From Promethearchaeota archaeon (lineage in GTDB: Archaea; Asgardarchaeota; Hermodarchaeia; Hermodarchaeales; Hermodarchaeaceae), in NCBI GenBank assembly GCA_048939625.1, contig JBHLPH010000001.1, positions 149,649 through 213,648 on the forward strand: a stretch of DNA of 64,000 bases, read 5' to 3'. Both the position numbers and the translations under genes were made by a program. Of this stretch, positions 37,346-47,034 are shown piece by piece. The notes under the pieces were generated by a model. The model had not been told where the DNA came from. It was given only the letters and a program-made list of their open reading frames with translations, and did no database searches. Position 1 is the first letter of the stretch, and every line of letters starts with the position of its first letter.

Positions 37346-38338
37346 ATGCCAACAAAACACTGCCCGAATTGCGGGGGAGGAATGAACGTCCACCCCACGG
37401 ACACTATTTACACCTGCCCTTATTGCGGAACCAGCTTTACCCCTGAAGGTTCCCAGATGAAAGAGCATTATGCTTTATCGGTCAACTACACTCAAAGTGA
37501 TGCTCTGGATACACTCAAAGCATACTTAGTGAAGGTTCCCGGAGTCGCAGATGATCTCGCAGAACAAATCCAGCTAAAAGATCTCTCGATGACGTTTTAC
37601 CCCTATTGGACCGTTACAGTTCAAGGTGATGTTTCCTATAAAGGAATTGATAAGAAGGCTTCGTTTCGTGGTCAATCAGGTGGTCGATATTCAAGCATCC
37701 ACTGGGAATGGGTTGCAGAATCAGGGCACCAAGAACAAACCCGTCAAATTCGTTTATACGCGGGTCCTAAAACGCGTCCAGAAATAACGAATTACCCAAT
37801 TGCAACCCGGTCACGTCGTTACTTCAACCTTGAAGAAGTAAAGCAATATACCGGTAGCGTCTTATTCTCCAAAGTCTCTGAGGAGACAGCTAAGGAACAA
37901 GCCATTACAGCAACACGCAACATGATTTACTCTCGTATAAAACGAGAAACCGAAAAAATTGATGATGCCCGAGAAACCTTCCAAGTGACAGATCAAGCGT
38001 ACATCCACGTTCCAATCTACCACATCAAATTTTCTGTGGGCGGCGGAAAAACCTACGAAGCAGCCCTCGATGCTTCCAATGGACGAGTTATCTACTCTCA
38101 GATTCCCACCACAACTGGCTTTAAAGTTCAAACCATTGGAATGTCCTTACTATGGTTCTTACTCACCATCGGTGGCGCTGCTGTGACATATCTAGCTTAT
38201 AGCGGTATTCCACTACTCGGACTCACACCCGAATACCTCTTATACGCTGGAATTGGACTCACAATCATTCCACTTGTCTTAGCGTTAATGACCATTTATT
38301 ATGCAAGGCGAAAAACCGCCGCTGAGCGTGCACAATAA
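37346..38338 (+). CDS. Zinc-ribbon membrane protein (paralogue 2)
   Basis: CPNC..CPYC, FYPYW, HVPIY, LDASNG..IP, two C-terminal TM; start at 37346 after AGGTGA. Confidence 0.8.
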   Translation: MPTKHCPNCGGGMNVHPTDTIYTCPYCGTSFTPEGSQMKEHYALSVNYTQSDALDTLKAYLVKVPGVADDLAEQIQLKDLSMTFYPYWTVTVQGDVSYKGIDKKASFRGQSGGRYSSIHWEWVAESGHQEQTRQIRLYAGPKTRPEITNYPIATRSRRYFNLEEVKQYTGSVLFSKVSEETAKEQAITATRNMIYSRIKRETEKIDDARETFQVTDQAYIHVPIYHIKFSVGGGKTYEAALDASNGRVIYSQIPTTTGFKVQTIGMSLLWFLLTIGGAAVTYLAYSGIPLLGLTPEYLLYAGIGLTIIPLVLALMTIYYARRKTAAERAQ

Positions 38339-38487
38339 TTCACATATACCGCACTTGTAGTCGCTAATGCTCAATAAGCAGTGGATACCATCCGCAGTTA
38401 TGTCTCAATCAAACCCAACAAGCAAATCGATTCCTCTGGCGAGATTTTATAAGGTCTCAACCCAATGCCTAGATAGCGACCATCGAG

Positions 38488-39042
38488 GTGATCTCCTTGG
38501 GAGACGATGAAAAACCATCCATTATGGAAAAAGTCGATGACGAACGCACCCTGACCCAAAAAATCATGAAATTAATACCTGGATGGCGGGGATACCGCAT
38601 CAAGGAAGAACGTCGCAACGCCGACCGTATTCTACGTGACCAAATCATAACCCGGCTCCGACAAAGTGCCGATAAAATCCAAGACATCCGCTCTGCAATA
38701 GTCGAAGAAGAAATCGAAGACGCCTACCGAACCGTCGACTCACTCATGAGCCGAACTGAAAAACTCATCAGCCAGATAGAACATGCCGATTATGGCTATC
38801 GCCCTTTCTTCGATGCCATCAAAATCAAAGAAGACGACCTAGAGAACATGTTGCGCTATGATAGCTGGTTTGTTGAACAGGTGCAAGAGTTCGACCAACG
38901 CTGTGATGATGTCTTAACATTGATAGAAGATGATCCGGATGAGGCAACAGGCCACATCAAGGATCTCCGGAAAATGATTTCCCGTATGAACCGCAAGTGG
39001 AAGGAACGAGAACAAGTCATCATGGGTATTGAGGTTGTGTAA
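38488..39042 (+). CDS. Conserved helical/coiled-coil hypothetical protein
   Basis: IPGWRGY..KEERRNAD..LR and ADYGY-PFFD motifs; acidic, all-helical. Confidence 0.75.
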   Translation: MISLGDDEKPSIMEKVDDERTLTQKIMKLIPGWRGYRIKEERRNADRILRDQIITRLRQSADKIQDIRSAIVEEEIEDAYRTVDSLMSRTEKLISQIEHADYGYRPFFDAIKIKEDDLENMLRYDSWFVEQVQEFDQRCDDVLTLIEDDPDEATGHIKDLRKMISRMNRKWKEREQVIMGIEVV

Positions 39043-39285
39043 CCGAAGGATTACACACTTTAATCCTATTTTGAGCCCTTCCCTTTTTTCTCTTTTTTTA
39101 TAATTATAAGAGGGGGTAGGCTAATTTCTTTCTTCTTTGCGGCATTTGTCTCGAACTTTGTCCACGAATTCAGGTGTGTTATCGATGATGCCTTCTTGAT
39201 TTACGCTAAATTTTTTGAATCTTAATGAATTTATAAAAGCAATAAGGCATCTTCACTAGTTATCAAGTTCAATAGGTACAATAGG

Positions 39286-40569
39286 ATGGCTTTCACTGTA
39301 ACCATTGATGAAAACCTTGCTCGAGGACGACGAGCCATAAAAAGAGCGTCAATTGTTGTTTTAGCCTTAGCCATTACATGGTTTCTCATAGCATTCCTAT
39401 CGGGCAGCCTGGGCCTTTTTGCCAAAGGAATTGACTCAATCTCAGACTTGATTGCAGTTATCACGGTTTTCCTTGGTTTATGGTTGGCTCAACGTGACCC
39501 CAACGAAAAATACCCTTATGGCTATTTCAAAGCTGAATCACTAGCCGCTCTGATCGTCGCAGTCTTTATTTTTATAACGGGCATGGGTGTACTTTGGCAA
39601 GCAATCCAACGCATACTATTTCCAACAGAATTAAGTTTCATCAGTCTGGCCCTAGCAATTTCAATTGCATCAATTCCAATCATCTTCGTCATGTCCTGGT
39701 ATCTGAAAAAAATTGGTCAAGAAACTGGAAGTAATGCTGTCTATAACAAGGGTCAAGAATTCCAAATGGATATTCTCGCCTCCATAGCGGTCATTTTAGG
39801 ATTGATTTTTGCGTTCTTCGGGCTACCATGGGTTGAATCCATTGTGGGATTTGTAATTGGCCTTTTGATTTTAAGAAGTAGCTTTCAGTTAGCCTACGAG
39901 TCCATACTTGTCTTAATGGATGCCGGACAAGATCCAGAGAAGATTAATGCAATCGAACAACTTGCTTCACCTATCCTTGGTGTCCTTGGTGTTCACGCCA
40001 TTAAATTGCGGAGAGCAGGACCGATTTGCTTTGGGGAAATGCATCTAGAAGTAGCTGGAAAAACAACAGTGCTACAATCGCATCTCCTCGCTGAAGAAAT
40101 ATCCACACGCGTAAAGGAGGCCTACCCAGATATACTTTCATTTCTTGTCCATGTTGAGCCCGTTCTTCCTGTTACTTTCCGAGTTGCGTTTCCAGTAAAT
40201 CAGAAAGATATAACCCCAGATTTAAAGCCCAGCACACACTTTGGTTCAGTACCTTACTTTTTAATCATGGATGTTGACCAACGAAAAATCGTGCTCTGGG
40301 AAGTCATGCCAAATCCAGCAGCAAAAGAAAGTAAACAACGAGGGAAAAACACAGCACATCTCCTAATTGATGCAAAAGTGGAAGTTGTGTTTGCCGAGAA
40401 AATGGGTGAAACACCACTCAGCATCTTACGAAACCATCTAATTCAAGTCTTTCACCAAAATTCGAAGATCAGCTGCCGTAAGAACCTTGAAGCGTTCCTT
40501 GAAAACGAGCTGCCACATCTCAAGGCAAAGGAATCAACCTATTCACCTAAACAAAACAATCTTAGTTGA
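39286..40569 (+). CDS. Cation diffusion facilitator fused to a NifB/NifX-like domain
   Basis: DSISD, YPYGYFKAE, dimerisation domain HVEP; C-terminal RVAFP..HFG-VPYF..NP. Confidence 0.85.
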   Translation: MAFTVTIDENLARGRRAIKRASIVVLALAITWFLIAFLSGSLGLFAKGIDSISDLIAVITVFLGLWLAQRDPNEKYPYGYFKAESLAALIVAVFIFITGMGVLWQAIQRILFPTELSFISLALAISIASIPIIFVMSWYLKKIGQETGSNAVYNKGQEFQMDILASIAVILGLIFAFFGLPWVESIVGFVIGLLILRSSFQLAYESILVLMDAGQDPEKINAIEQLASPILGVLGVHAIKLRRAGPICFGEMHLEVAGKTTVLQSHLLAEEISTRVKEAYPDILSFLVHVEPVLPVTFRVAFPVNQKDITPDLKPSTHFGSVPYFLIMDVDQRKIVLWEVMPNPAAKESKQRGKNTAHLLIDAKVEVVFAEKMGETPLSILRNHLIQVFHQNSKISCRKNLEAFLENELPHLKAKESTYSPKQNNLS

Positions 40570-40688
40570 TATCCTAAATGGAAATTTGGTTATTCGATGC
40601 AAAGTCGTAAAGTTGAAAAGGCTTGGCACGAATGGCAACCCAGACCTTCTGTACCTTCCAAACTGGATTTCCAGAGGGAGAACGAACC

Positions 40689-41678
40689 ATGCCCGAAATA
40701 ATCGAATGGAAAAGCATGCGAAAGAACGATATTGTCTACCGATGGCCCAATGACCTCGTGAAATGGGGCAGCCAATGCCTCGTCCGCGAAAACCAAGCCG
40801 CCGTCTTCTACCGTGACGGAAAAGCCCTTGACGTCATGGGCGTCGGTCGTCACACACTCACCACCGCCAATGTTCCGATTCTTACGGGGATTCTCCGACG
40901 CATAGCAGGCTTCGACAAATCCCCTTTCACCGCCGAAGTCGTCTTTCTAAACATGACCAAATTCCAAGGAAAATTTGGAGGCAAAGGTCAAACCCGAGAC
41001 CTTGCCCCCCTCATGTTCCACGGCGAATTCTGGTTTGAAATCGACGACCCCCAAATCTTCGTTAACGAAGTCGTAGCAGGAGAAAACTATACCACCCAAG
41101 ATGTGACCAACTTCATCCGGTCAAAATTCGTCGAACTCGCCATGGATGAACTTGCTGGTTATAACCTTCAAGATGCGATGACCCGCCTTGACGAAACCAG
41201 CATGAAAACAAAAACCATCCTTGCCGACAAATTCGAAGAATATGGCCTCAAACTCTTGGATATGGCCTTTGCCGGAATGGACACCTCCCCCGAATACCGG
41301 GAGCGCCTCTTCTTTGCAGTGCAGGGTGTCAGTGGTCGAGAAGTCCTCACCGCTGAAACCATGCGCCGCAGCGCCGAAGCTCTCGGTCAAGGTGGTGGAT
41401 CCGCTAGTGCAGGCGCAGGAATCGTCCTCATCCCACAACTCGCCGAGATGATGCGACAATCCCAGAAACCCCAAGAACAAGGCATCACCCACGTTGCCTG
41501 CCCACACTGCGGCGCAGCCATGCCCCTCAAAGGCAACAAACCACCAAAATTCTGCGCGGAGTGTGGAAAACCAATCCGCAAACAAGTCGATGAACGGCGC
41601 AAAGCCAAGCAATTCTGTCCAAACTGCGGAGCCCCCGCAAAAGGCAAATTCTGCGCTGAATGTGGCGAGAAGCTATAG
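40689..41678 (+). CDS. SPFH/Band-7 domain protein with C-terminal double zinc ribbon
   Basis: GSQCLVRENQAAVFYRDGK..GRHTLTTANVP..PFTAEVVF; CPHC, CAEC, CPNC, CAEC; start 40689. Confidence 0.88.
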   Translation: MPEIIEWKSMRKNDIVYRWPNDLVKWGSQCLVRENQAAVFYRDGKALDVMGVGRHTLTTANVPILTGILRRIAGFDKSPFTAEVVFLNMTKFQGKFGGKGQTRDLAPLMFHGEFWFEIDDPQIFVNEVVAGENYTTQDVTNFIRSKFVELAMDELAGYNLQDAMTRLDETSMKTKTILADKFEEYGLKLLDMAFAGMDTSPEYRERLFFAVQGVSGREVLTAETMRRSAEALGQGGGSASAGAGIVLIPQLAEMMRQSQKPQEQGITHVACPHCGAAMPLKGNKPPKFCAECGKPIRKQVDERRKAKQFCPNCGAPAKGKFCAECGEKL

Positions 41679-41691
41679 TTTTCATAACTTA

Positions 41692-41724
41692 GAGGGCGTT
41701 CCGCCCTCGTTTCTCTTCTTTTTC
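41692..41724 (+). terminator. Hairpin plus pyrimidine-tract terminator
   Basis: GAGGGCG-ttc-CGCCCTC followed by tttctcttcttttt after the SPFH gene. Confidence 0.55.
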
Positions 41725-41814
41725 AACACCCGTTACATGTTTCACTTTGTGTTCATTGTAGCATAAAGACTTTTTACATACGTGTGAGCTTTAGAGTACT
41801 AACGCCTTGGAGGT

Positions 41815-44421
41815 TTGGTTATGAGGCGACTCCTCGTTAACTTAATGTTTGTTTCATTATTGGTGTTGCCATCTTTAGCATTTCTGAATATCGATTTGGC
41901 GCAGTTACCGGCGCCGAAGTCGGGTGAGAACTTTTCCCAGTTTGAGTCTGAGATGGATTCGAATACGGTACCTGCCCCAGGTCCTGATTTGGGGCTTGTG
42001 AATTGGACGATGAATCGTATAGCTAATCCTGATTTTGAAGAGTGGAACACACAACTTGATGCTGATGAGTGGGGTGAGTACGCGCCCGGTTCTCAGTACT
42101 GGTGGTTTGAGGATGGTAGCTCGAATCCGGCTTATGTCTATGAGGGTGCCTATTCAGGAGGCATCTCAGCTTATGCGCCGAATGGTCGGTCAGCCAGTTC
42201 TTATTGGGTTCAACGCAGTCTTGGAGCAGATGCAGATAATCTATCTATAAGCTTCTATTGGCGACTAAATCAGAACTTAGACCCAATTAACGACTATTTA
42301 CGGACCCGCGTGAATTTTAATGATGGACGTTATCTGAACTACTTTTTGAATGGAACACAATCGTATTCGAACTCAACCAATTCGGGAACATTTTTCTTAG
42401 ATTACCCATTAAACCAGTGGAACTTCTTTAGTCGCAACATCACAGCAGATTACCTTGCGATTCCCTTGTGGCCCGGCACGATTGATCCCTCACTTACTGT
42501 CGAGAACATTTTCATCGACCTATACGCCGATGGTTACATTGCGAACAACATGGTTGGATTTTTAGATGATTTTCAACTGATTAACGAAACCAATGGATAT
42601 GTTTGGGTTGGTGGAACCACTCGTAATGGAAATCTGAATGATCCAGTAGCTACTGGGTGGGGTGGAAACTCAGGGCGGTATGATGCTGCAATCATCGAGC
42701 AAAACAGTGCAGCATATCGCGGTTTATGGAGCATGAATCTTACTTCACCATCGAAAGGCAACACAAGCTTGGCATTTTGTTACCAGACGATTGAAACTCA
42801 GATTAGTTCGGAGAATCATGGTGTTCTTCGATTTTGGTGGTTCCTCAACTTCGAATCACTGGATACTTATGAATTTGCAGACGTGTACTTCTACTGTCTT
42901 GCACCCTCGAGTTCGTTTTATCTACATTATATTCTTGGTCATGCAGGAGTGAGCTTTATCTATCCAAATTCCACATGGGACACCTACTTCTTTGCACCGG
43001 CGATGAATACAACAGGAAGTTGGGTCTTCTTTGAACGAGACGTATGGGCAGATATGCATGCCGCACGTGGATTTGATAGTGTGGTAATAAATTCAATAAC
43101 ATGCTTTGTCCAAGCCAGAAATTCTGGGGGAAAGACGTCGCTTCTTATTGATTCCATGAATTTGGAAGCGAGCGCTATTAACGGCGGGAACCATGAGGAC
43201 CAACCGCCTATCGGTCAGCACATACAAGGATGGGGGTCCCTAAACCATTCACAGTTGACTGTGACGGGTACCGCGTATTCGGGTTCGAAGGCCGCAAACA
43301 TCACACTGAGTCCTTTCAGTGGACTGACAGTCATGCAAAACATACGTGGACGCCCCTTGAATGGGTCCCGAGAAACTTATCTTGACCTCATGTGGCGGAT
43401 AGAGGACTTCTCAGCACTATCGGGCAATTTCATCGACATTGACATTCAACTCGAAAATGGAAAGCATCTGTCCTATTATTTTGCAACTGTGAGTATGGAA
43501 CTTCCACCGAACTCGACATTATATGCGAATTTCAATGTCACAAATGTTGGATCACAAGGTTCATGGCTCCAGCTCCATCGCGACTTGAATCATGACTATG
43601 AAGCAGTATTTGGAAGTCTGCCTGATACAAAAATTGTGATGGCGTATATTGATGCAGTGACATCGGGTGGAGGACGAGTAGAATTCCTTTTTGATGATCT
43701 CTATCTCTACGATGATCCAGCACCACGGATATCCAACGTGGTCCAGAACCCACCGAGTCCAATCCATAACGACCCCGTCCAGATTTCTGCTGAAATCGAA
43801 GACCAGGACCTAGACGCAGATGCGCTCCTTCTCCATTATCGAATAAATGCAGGAGGTTGGCAAACCCAAACCTTACTCCATCAAACTGGTGTCACTTTTA
43901 CTGCGAATATTCCAAGCCAAGTGTATGCCACGAATGTTGAATACTACCTTTCAGCGAATGACACCTGGGGTCTGCGCACGATAGCTTTAGATGGCGGAAG
44001 CTATTGGAGCTACACGGTTACAGAGGTTGAAGACCCCGTGGTTTCAATCACTCAACCCACCAGCGGAGCAGAACTTAATGACACTATCATGATATCCGTA
44101 GACGCTAGTGATACCATCAGTGGTATCGCCCACGTTGAAATCTTCATTGATGGAACCTCGGTAGCCGATGATACAACTGCCCCCTATACATACAGCTGGG
44201 ATACCACGAGCACAACCGATGGCAGCCATACAATTCTTGCAACCGCCTATGATACCGCTGGCAATTCTGCGTCTGATAGTATCACAGTGACAGTGACCAA
44301 CCAACCAACAACCACGCCACCACCGCCCCCGATTCCAGGCTTCCCCATTGAAGCCATTCTCTTTTCAGTAATTGCAGGAATCACCTTTGGATTACTCCGA
44401 CGACGGCGTAAAATTCACTAA
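41815..44421 (+). CDS. Large secreted surface glycoprotein: three repeated beta-sandwich-like domains, Ig-like domains, IPGFP sorting tail
   Basis: Signal peptide; WNFFSRNITADY / WVFFERDVWADM / WLQLHRDLNHDY repeats; DTTAPYTYSWDT Ig motif; PPPIPGFP + TM + RRRRK. Confidence 0.85.
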   Translation: MVMRRLLVNLMFVSLLVLPSLAFLNIDLAQLPAPKSGENFSQFESEMDSNTVPAPGPDLGLVNWTMNRIANPDFEEWNTQLDADEWGEYAPGSQYWWFEDGSSNPAYVYEGAYSGGISAYAPNGRSASSYWVQRSLGADADNLSISFYWRLNQNLDPINDYLRTRVNFNDGRYLNYFLNGTQSYSNSTNSGTFFLDYPLNQWNFFSRNITADYLAIPLWPGTIDPSLTVENIFIDLYADGYIANNMVGFLDDFQLINETNGYVWVGGTTRNGNLNDPVATGWGGNSGRYDAAIIEQNSAAYRGLWSMNLTSPSKGNTSLAFCYQTIETQISSENHGVLRFWWFLNFESLDTYEFADVYFYCLAPSSSFYLHYILGHAGVSFIYPNSTWDTYFFAPAMNTTGSWVFFERDVWADMHAARGFDSVVINSITCFVQARNSGGKTSLLIDSMNLEASAINGGNHEDQPPIGQHIQGWGSLNHSQLTVTGTAYSGSKAANITLSPFSGLTVMQNIRGRPLNGSRETYLDLMWRIEDFSALSGNFIDIDIQLENGKHLSYYFATVSMELPPNSTLYANFNVTNVGSQGSWLQLHRDLNHDYEAVFGSLPDTKIVMAYIDAVTSGGGRVEFLFDDLYLYDDPAPRISNVVQNPPSPIHNDPVQISAEIEDQDLDADALLLHYRINAGGWQTQTLLHQTGVTFTANIPSQVYATNVEYYLSANDTWGLRTIALDGGSYWSYTVTEVEDPVVSITQPTSGAELNDTIMISVDASDTISGIAHVEIFIDGTSVADDTTAPYTYSWDTTSTTDGSHTILATAYDTAGNSASDSITVTVTNQPTTTPPPPPIPGFPIEAILFSVIAGITFGLLRRRRKIH

Positions 44422-44427
44422 TACAAA

Positions 44428-44456
44428 TGCCCAGCAATGCTGGGCACTCTTTTCTT
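44428..44456 (+). terminator. Hairpin plus pyrimidine-tract terminator
   Basis: TGCCCAGCA-a-TGCTGGGCA then ctcttttctt. Confidence 0.55.
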
Positions 44457-44598
44457 CATATATCGAACTCAAAATACGGGATGTTCAGAAATTTGAACAG
44501 ACTAACCAAGTACTGTTGTCTAGGAGAAAAACTATACTTTTCAGTTTGCTTATATAGAGTAGTTGAGAAGCTACTAGAGAATTCGGCTGACATGATAA

Positions 44599-46005
44599 GT
44601 GGTTCTTGCGTTGAAAGGGTATGCTAAGTGGCTGTCATTAGTGTTATTCGGATTTTGTCTACTCTTTTTCATATCACCTGCTCAAGTTGGAGCACAACCT
44701 CCTCAGCACTGGGTGCCGGGATTGGAACAGCATCTGTTTGGACACACCTTCGCGGAATCTAGCTGGACCAATGATTCCATTGTATTTGAGTCAGAGAATA
44801 ATGATACAGTGCAGTTCATTGCCAGCTACTTGAATTACGTTGAGGGGCAGCAATCGTTTCAAGCCATGCTTATTGCACTCGGTGTGATTGAAAACGAGAA
44901 TGGGACCCAATCCACCCTTCCCTATCAACTCTTTGGTCTGCATTTCAAAACGAGAGGTGGACGGGACATCTTTGCGGGATCGCTGTTAACCTTTTTATTC
45001 GGATTTAATGATACCGACCATAACGGTGTTCCAAGTCCGGGAGAGAACCGTTTCTTCATTATTCCATATGGCTATAATGAGGGAAATGCGACAGAACCAG
45101 TGACTATCGAAGCGATTCCCATAACCACATTGAGTGATACTCATTATCAGTTTGGGATTCGCTATCGGAATTTATATGGTCGCTTAGTTTCTGCAAATAG
45201 TCCTGAAGAATTTGTATGGTCTCTGCTGCTGCCTCTCTTTGAAATCACCTTCAGTGAGTTAACCGTAATTTATGATATACAAATCGATTCAGAAACTGGA
45301 AAAATTACTACAGAGACATACTACACGATTGGCCAAGCTAACGAGTTCCGGTTTCTTGGAATCCCAATTCCTAATTTCCACGATGCCCTCCAAGACGTAG
45401 GTATTGGCGTAGCGCATCTTGGAATTGTTCTTACAACCCAATACTATACACGCACCGCTGGATCAATTCCAGAAGGAGGTGTAGACCAGAATTTAGTCAA
45501 CATCTCTACGGATGCTCAGGGGCGCGACCGAGTATTGGCCCTTAGCACTCGTGGAACCTATGATGTGCTCAATGAGAGCACGGATCCTTTTTCAACAATT
45601 CAAACTGGGCTTCCTGCATATAGTTGGGTCTTATCCCCTGAACCAATCGACCTCATTCTCCTTCTTTGGCAACTACCTATTTCAGCGAATATCTTTAGCG
45701 TGTTCGCTTATGCCATGAGCGATTATCTTCAACGTATCTTTGATGGACCACTTGATGTGTATAACCATGCGGAGAATGTTTTCAATACGGCAGCGTTTTG
45801 GTATGGCGTGACGTTTCCTGAATCGAACGGTTACCGTGTTGAGCACGACCCGGTGTATATCGCTTTCTCCAATATCGGTCAGGCTGCAGGAGTTATCGGA
45901 GTAATTGCAATTGGAACCGTGGTGTTAATCGCTCTAATTATCGTTGTGCTACGGGTTATTCGTTCCAATGGTCGTAAGAAAGATGCCTTTGATGAGGGGG
46001 CATAA
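44599..46005 (+). CDS. Secreted membrane-anchored protein of unknown function (paralogue A)
   Basis: Signal peptide, C-terminal TM; motifs shared with 47035..48432. Confidence 0.8.
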   Translation: MVLALKGYAKWLSLVLFGFCLLFFISPAQVGAQPPQHWVPGLEQHLFGHTFAESSWTNDSIVFESENNDTVQFIASYLNYVEGQQSFQAMLIALGVIENENGTQSTLPYQLFGLHFKTRGGRDIFAGSLLTFLFGFNDTDHNGVPSPGENRFFIIPYGYNEGNATEPVTIEAIPITTLSDTHYQFGIRYRNLYGRLVSANSPEEFVWSLLLPLFEITFSELTVIYDIQIDSETGKITTETYYTIGQANEFRFLGIPIPNFHDALQDVGIGVAHLGIVLTTQYYTRTAGSIPEGGVDQNLVNISTDAQGRDRVLALSTRGTYDVLNESTDPFSTIQTGLPAYSWVLSPEPIDLILLLWQLPISANIFSVFAYAMSDYLQRIFDGPLDVYNHAENVFNTAAFWYGVTFPESNGYRVEHDPVYIAFSNIGQAAGVIGVIAIGTVVLIALIIVVLRVIRSNGRKKDAFDEGA

Positions 46006-46129
46006 ACTTTGGTCGATACGTATAAAGGCGCAATTTCCTCAGTCAATAGAGAACGTGGCGACACTTGCATTGTTGATGCCAGTTATGGACAACGGATTCA
46101 AAATGAATAGCCGGGGATGAAACCAGCCA

Positions 46130-46876
46130 ATGACGGACTTGGACGATTTTCTGACGGCCATTGGACACCCATTACGCCGCCAAATACTTGAAACCGTCTA
46201 TGAAGCTCCCGGCATCTCCTATTCCCAAATTCTAACCCGCGTAAATATTTCCAGTGGGAAACTTAATTTTCACCTGCAAAAGTTGGAACCCTTCCTTGCC
46301 CAAGTCAATGGACAATACCAGATTTCAAATGAGGGGCTGAAACTCTATCGCACATGGAAAATGCTCGAAGGACGAGTAAGTGGAACTGAAGTCACAAAAA
46401 CCGAAGTTCCGGGGAAATTTATTGGGCGTAGAACTTTGGCATTTATTATTGATGTAATCTTGATTTTATCACTACTTTTTATTGCTGCAGATTTTACCTC
46501 TGCATTTACCTTGATTCCCGCCTGGTGGTTGGGTGGGATTCCTGTTCCCCTATTTGTTAATCGAATCATTGACATGTTTCTTGTGTATCCAGATTTGACT
46601 GTTGTTCTGATTCGAGCATTTATCTTAGCCATTTTGTGGATGTACTTCACGCTATTAGAGGGGTACCGAGGGCAAACCTTGGGTAAAATGATCCTGGGCA
46701 TTCGGATTGTTGATGTTAGCGGAGCACGAATTGCACAACATCCAGCGGCGGTTCGTGCTCTGACAAAGGTTCTCATCCTACCAATTGATATCCTTGTCGG
46801 GCTAATCAAGTCGCGAAAAGCTGGATTCCTCCGCTTTTTTGGTCAATACACTCGGAGCTGGGTTGTTCGGAACTAG
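46130..46876 (+). CDS. ArsR-type winged HTH fused to an RDD membrane domain
   Basis: HPLRRQIL..SSGKLNFHL; RTLAFIID, EGYRGQTLGKMILGIRIV. Confidence 0.85.
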   Translation: MTDLDDFLTAIGHPLRRQILETVYEAPGISYSQILTRVNISSGKLNFHLQKLEPFLAQVNGQYQISNEGLKLYRTWKMLEGRVSGTEVTKTEVPGKFIGRRTLAFIIDVILILSLLFIAADFTSAFTLIPAWWLGGIPVPLFVNRIIDMFLVYPDLTVVLIRAFILAILWMYFTLLEGYRGQTLGKMILGIRIVDVSGARIAQHPAAVRALTKVLILPIDILVGLIKSRKAGFLRFFGQYTRSWVVRN

Positions 46877-47034
46877 CCTGAAGCAATCTAGGGGTGTTTC
46901 TTTGAGATAATCTTAGTTAAACGCAGTTTTCTAGATGGAAAACTAAACTTATCAGCTTCTTTAAATTCGTCATTTGAGAGGGGAAGCTAACGAGCAAACA
47001 CTTGCCGAAAATGGTAAAGGTGTGCTTTACATTG

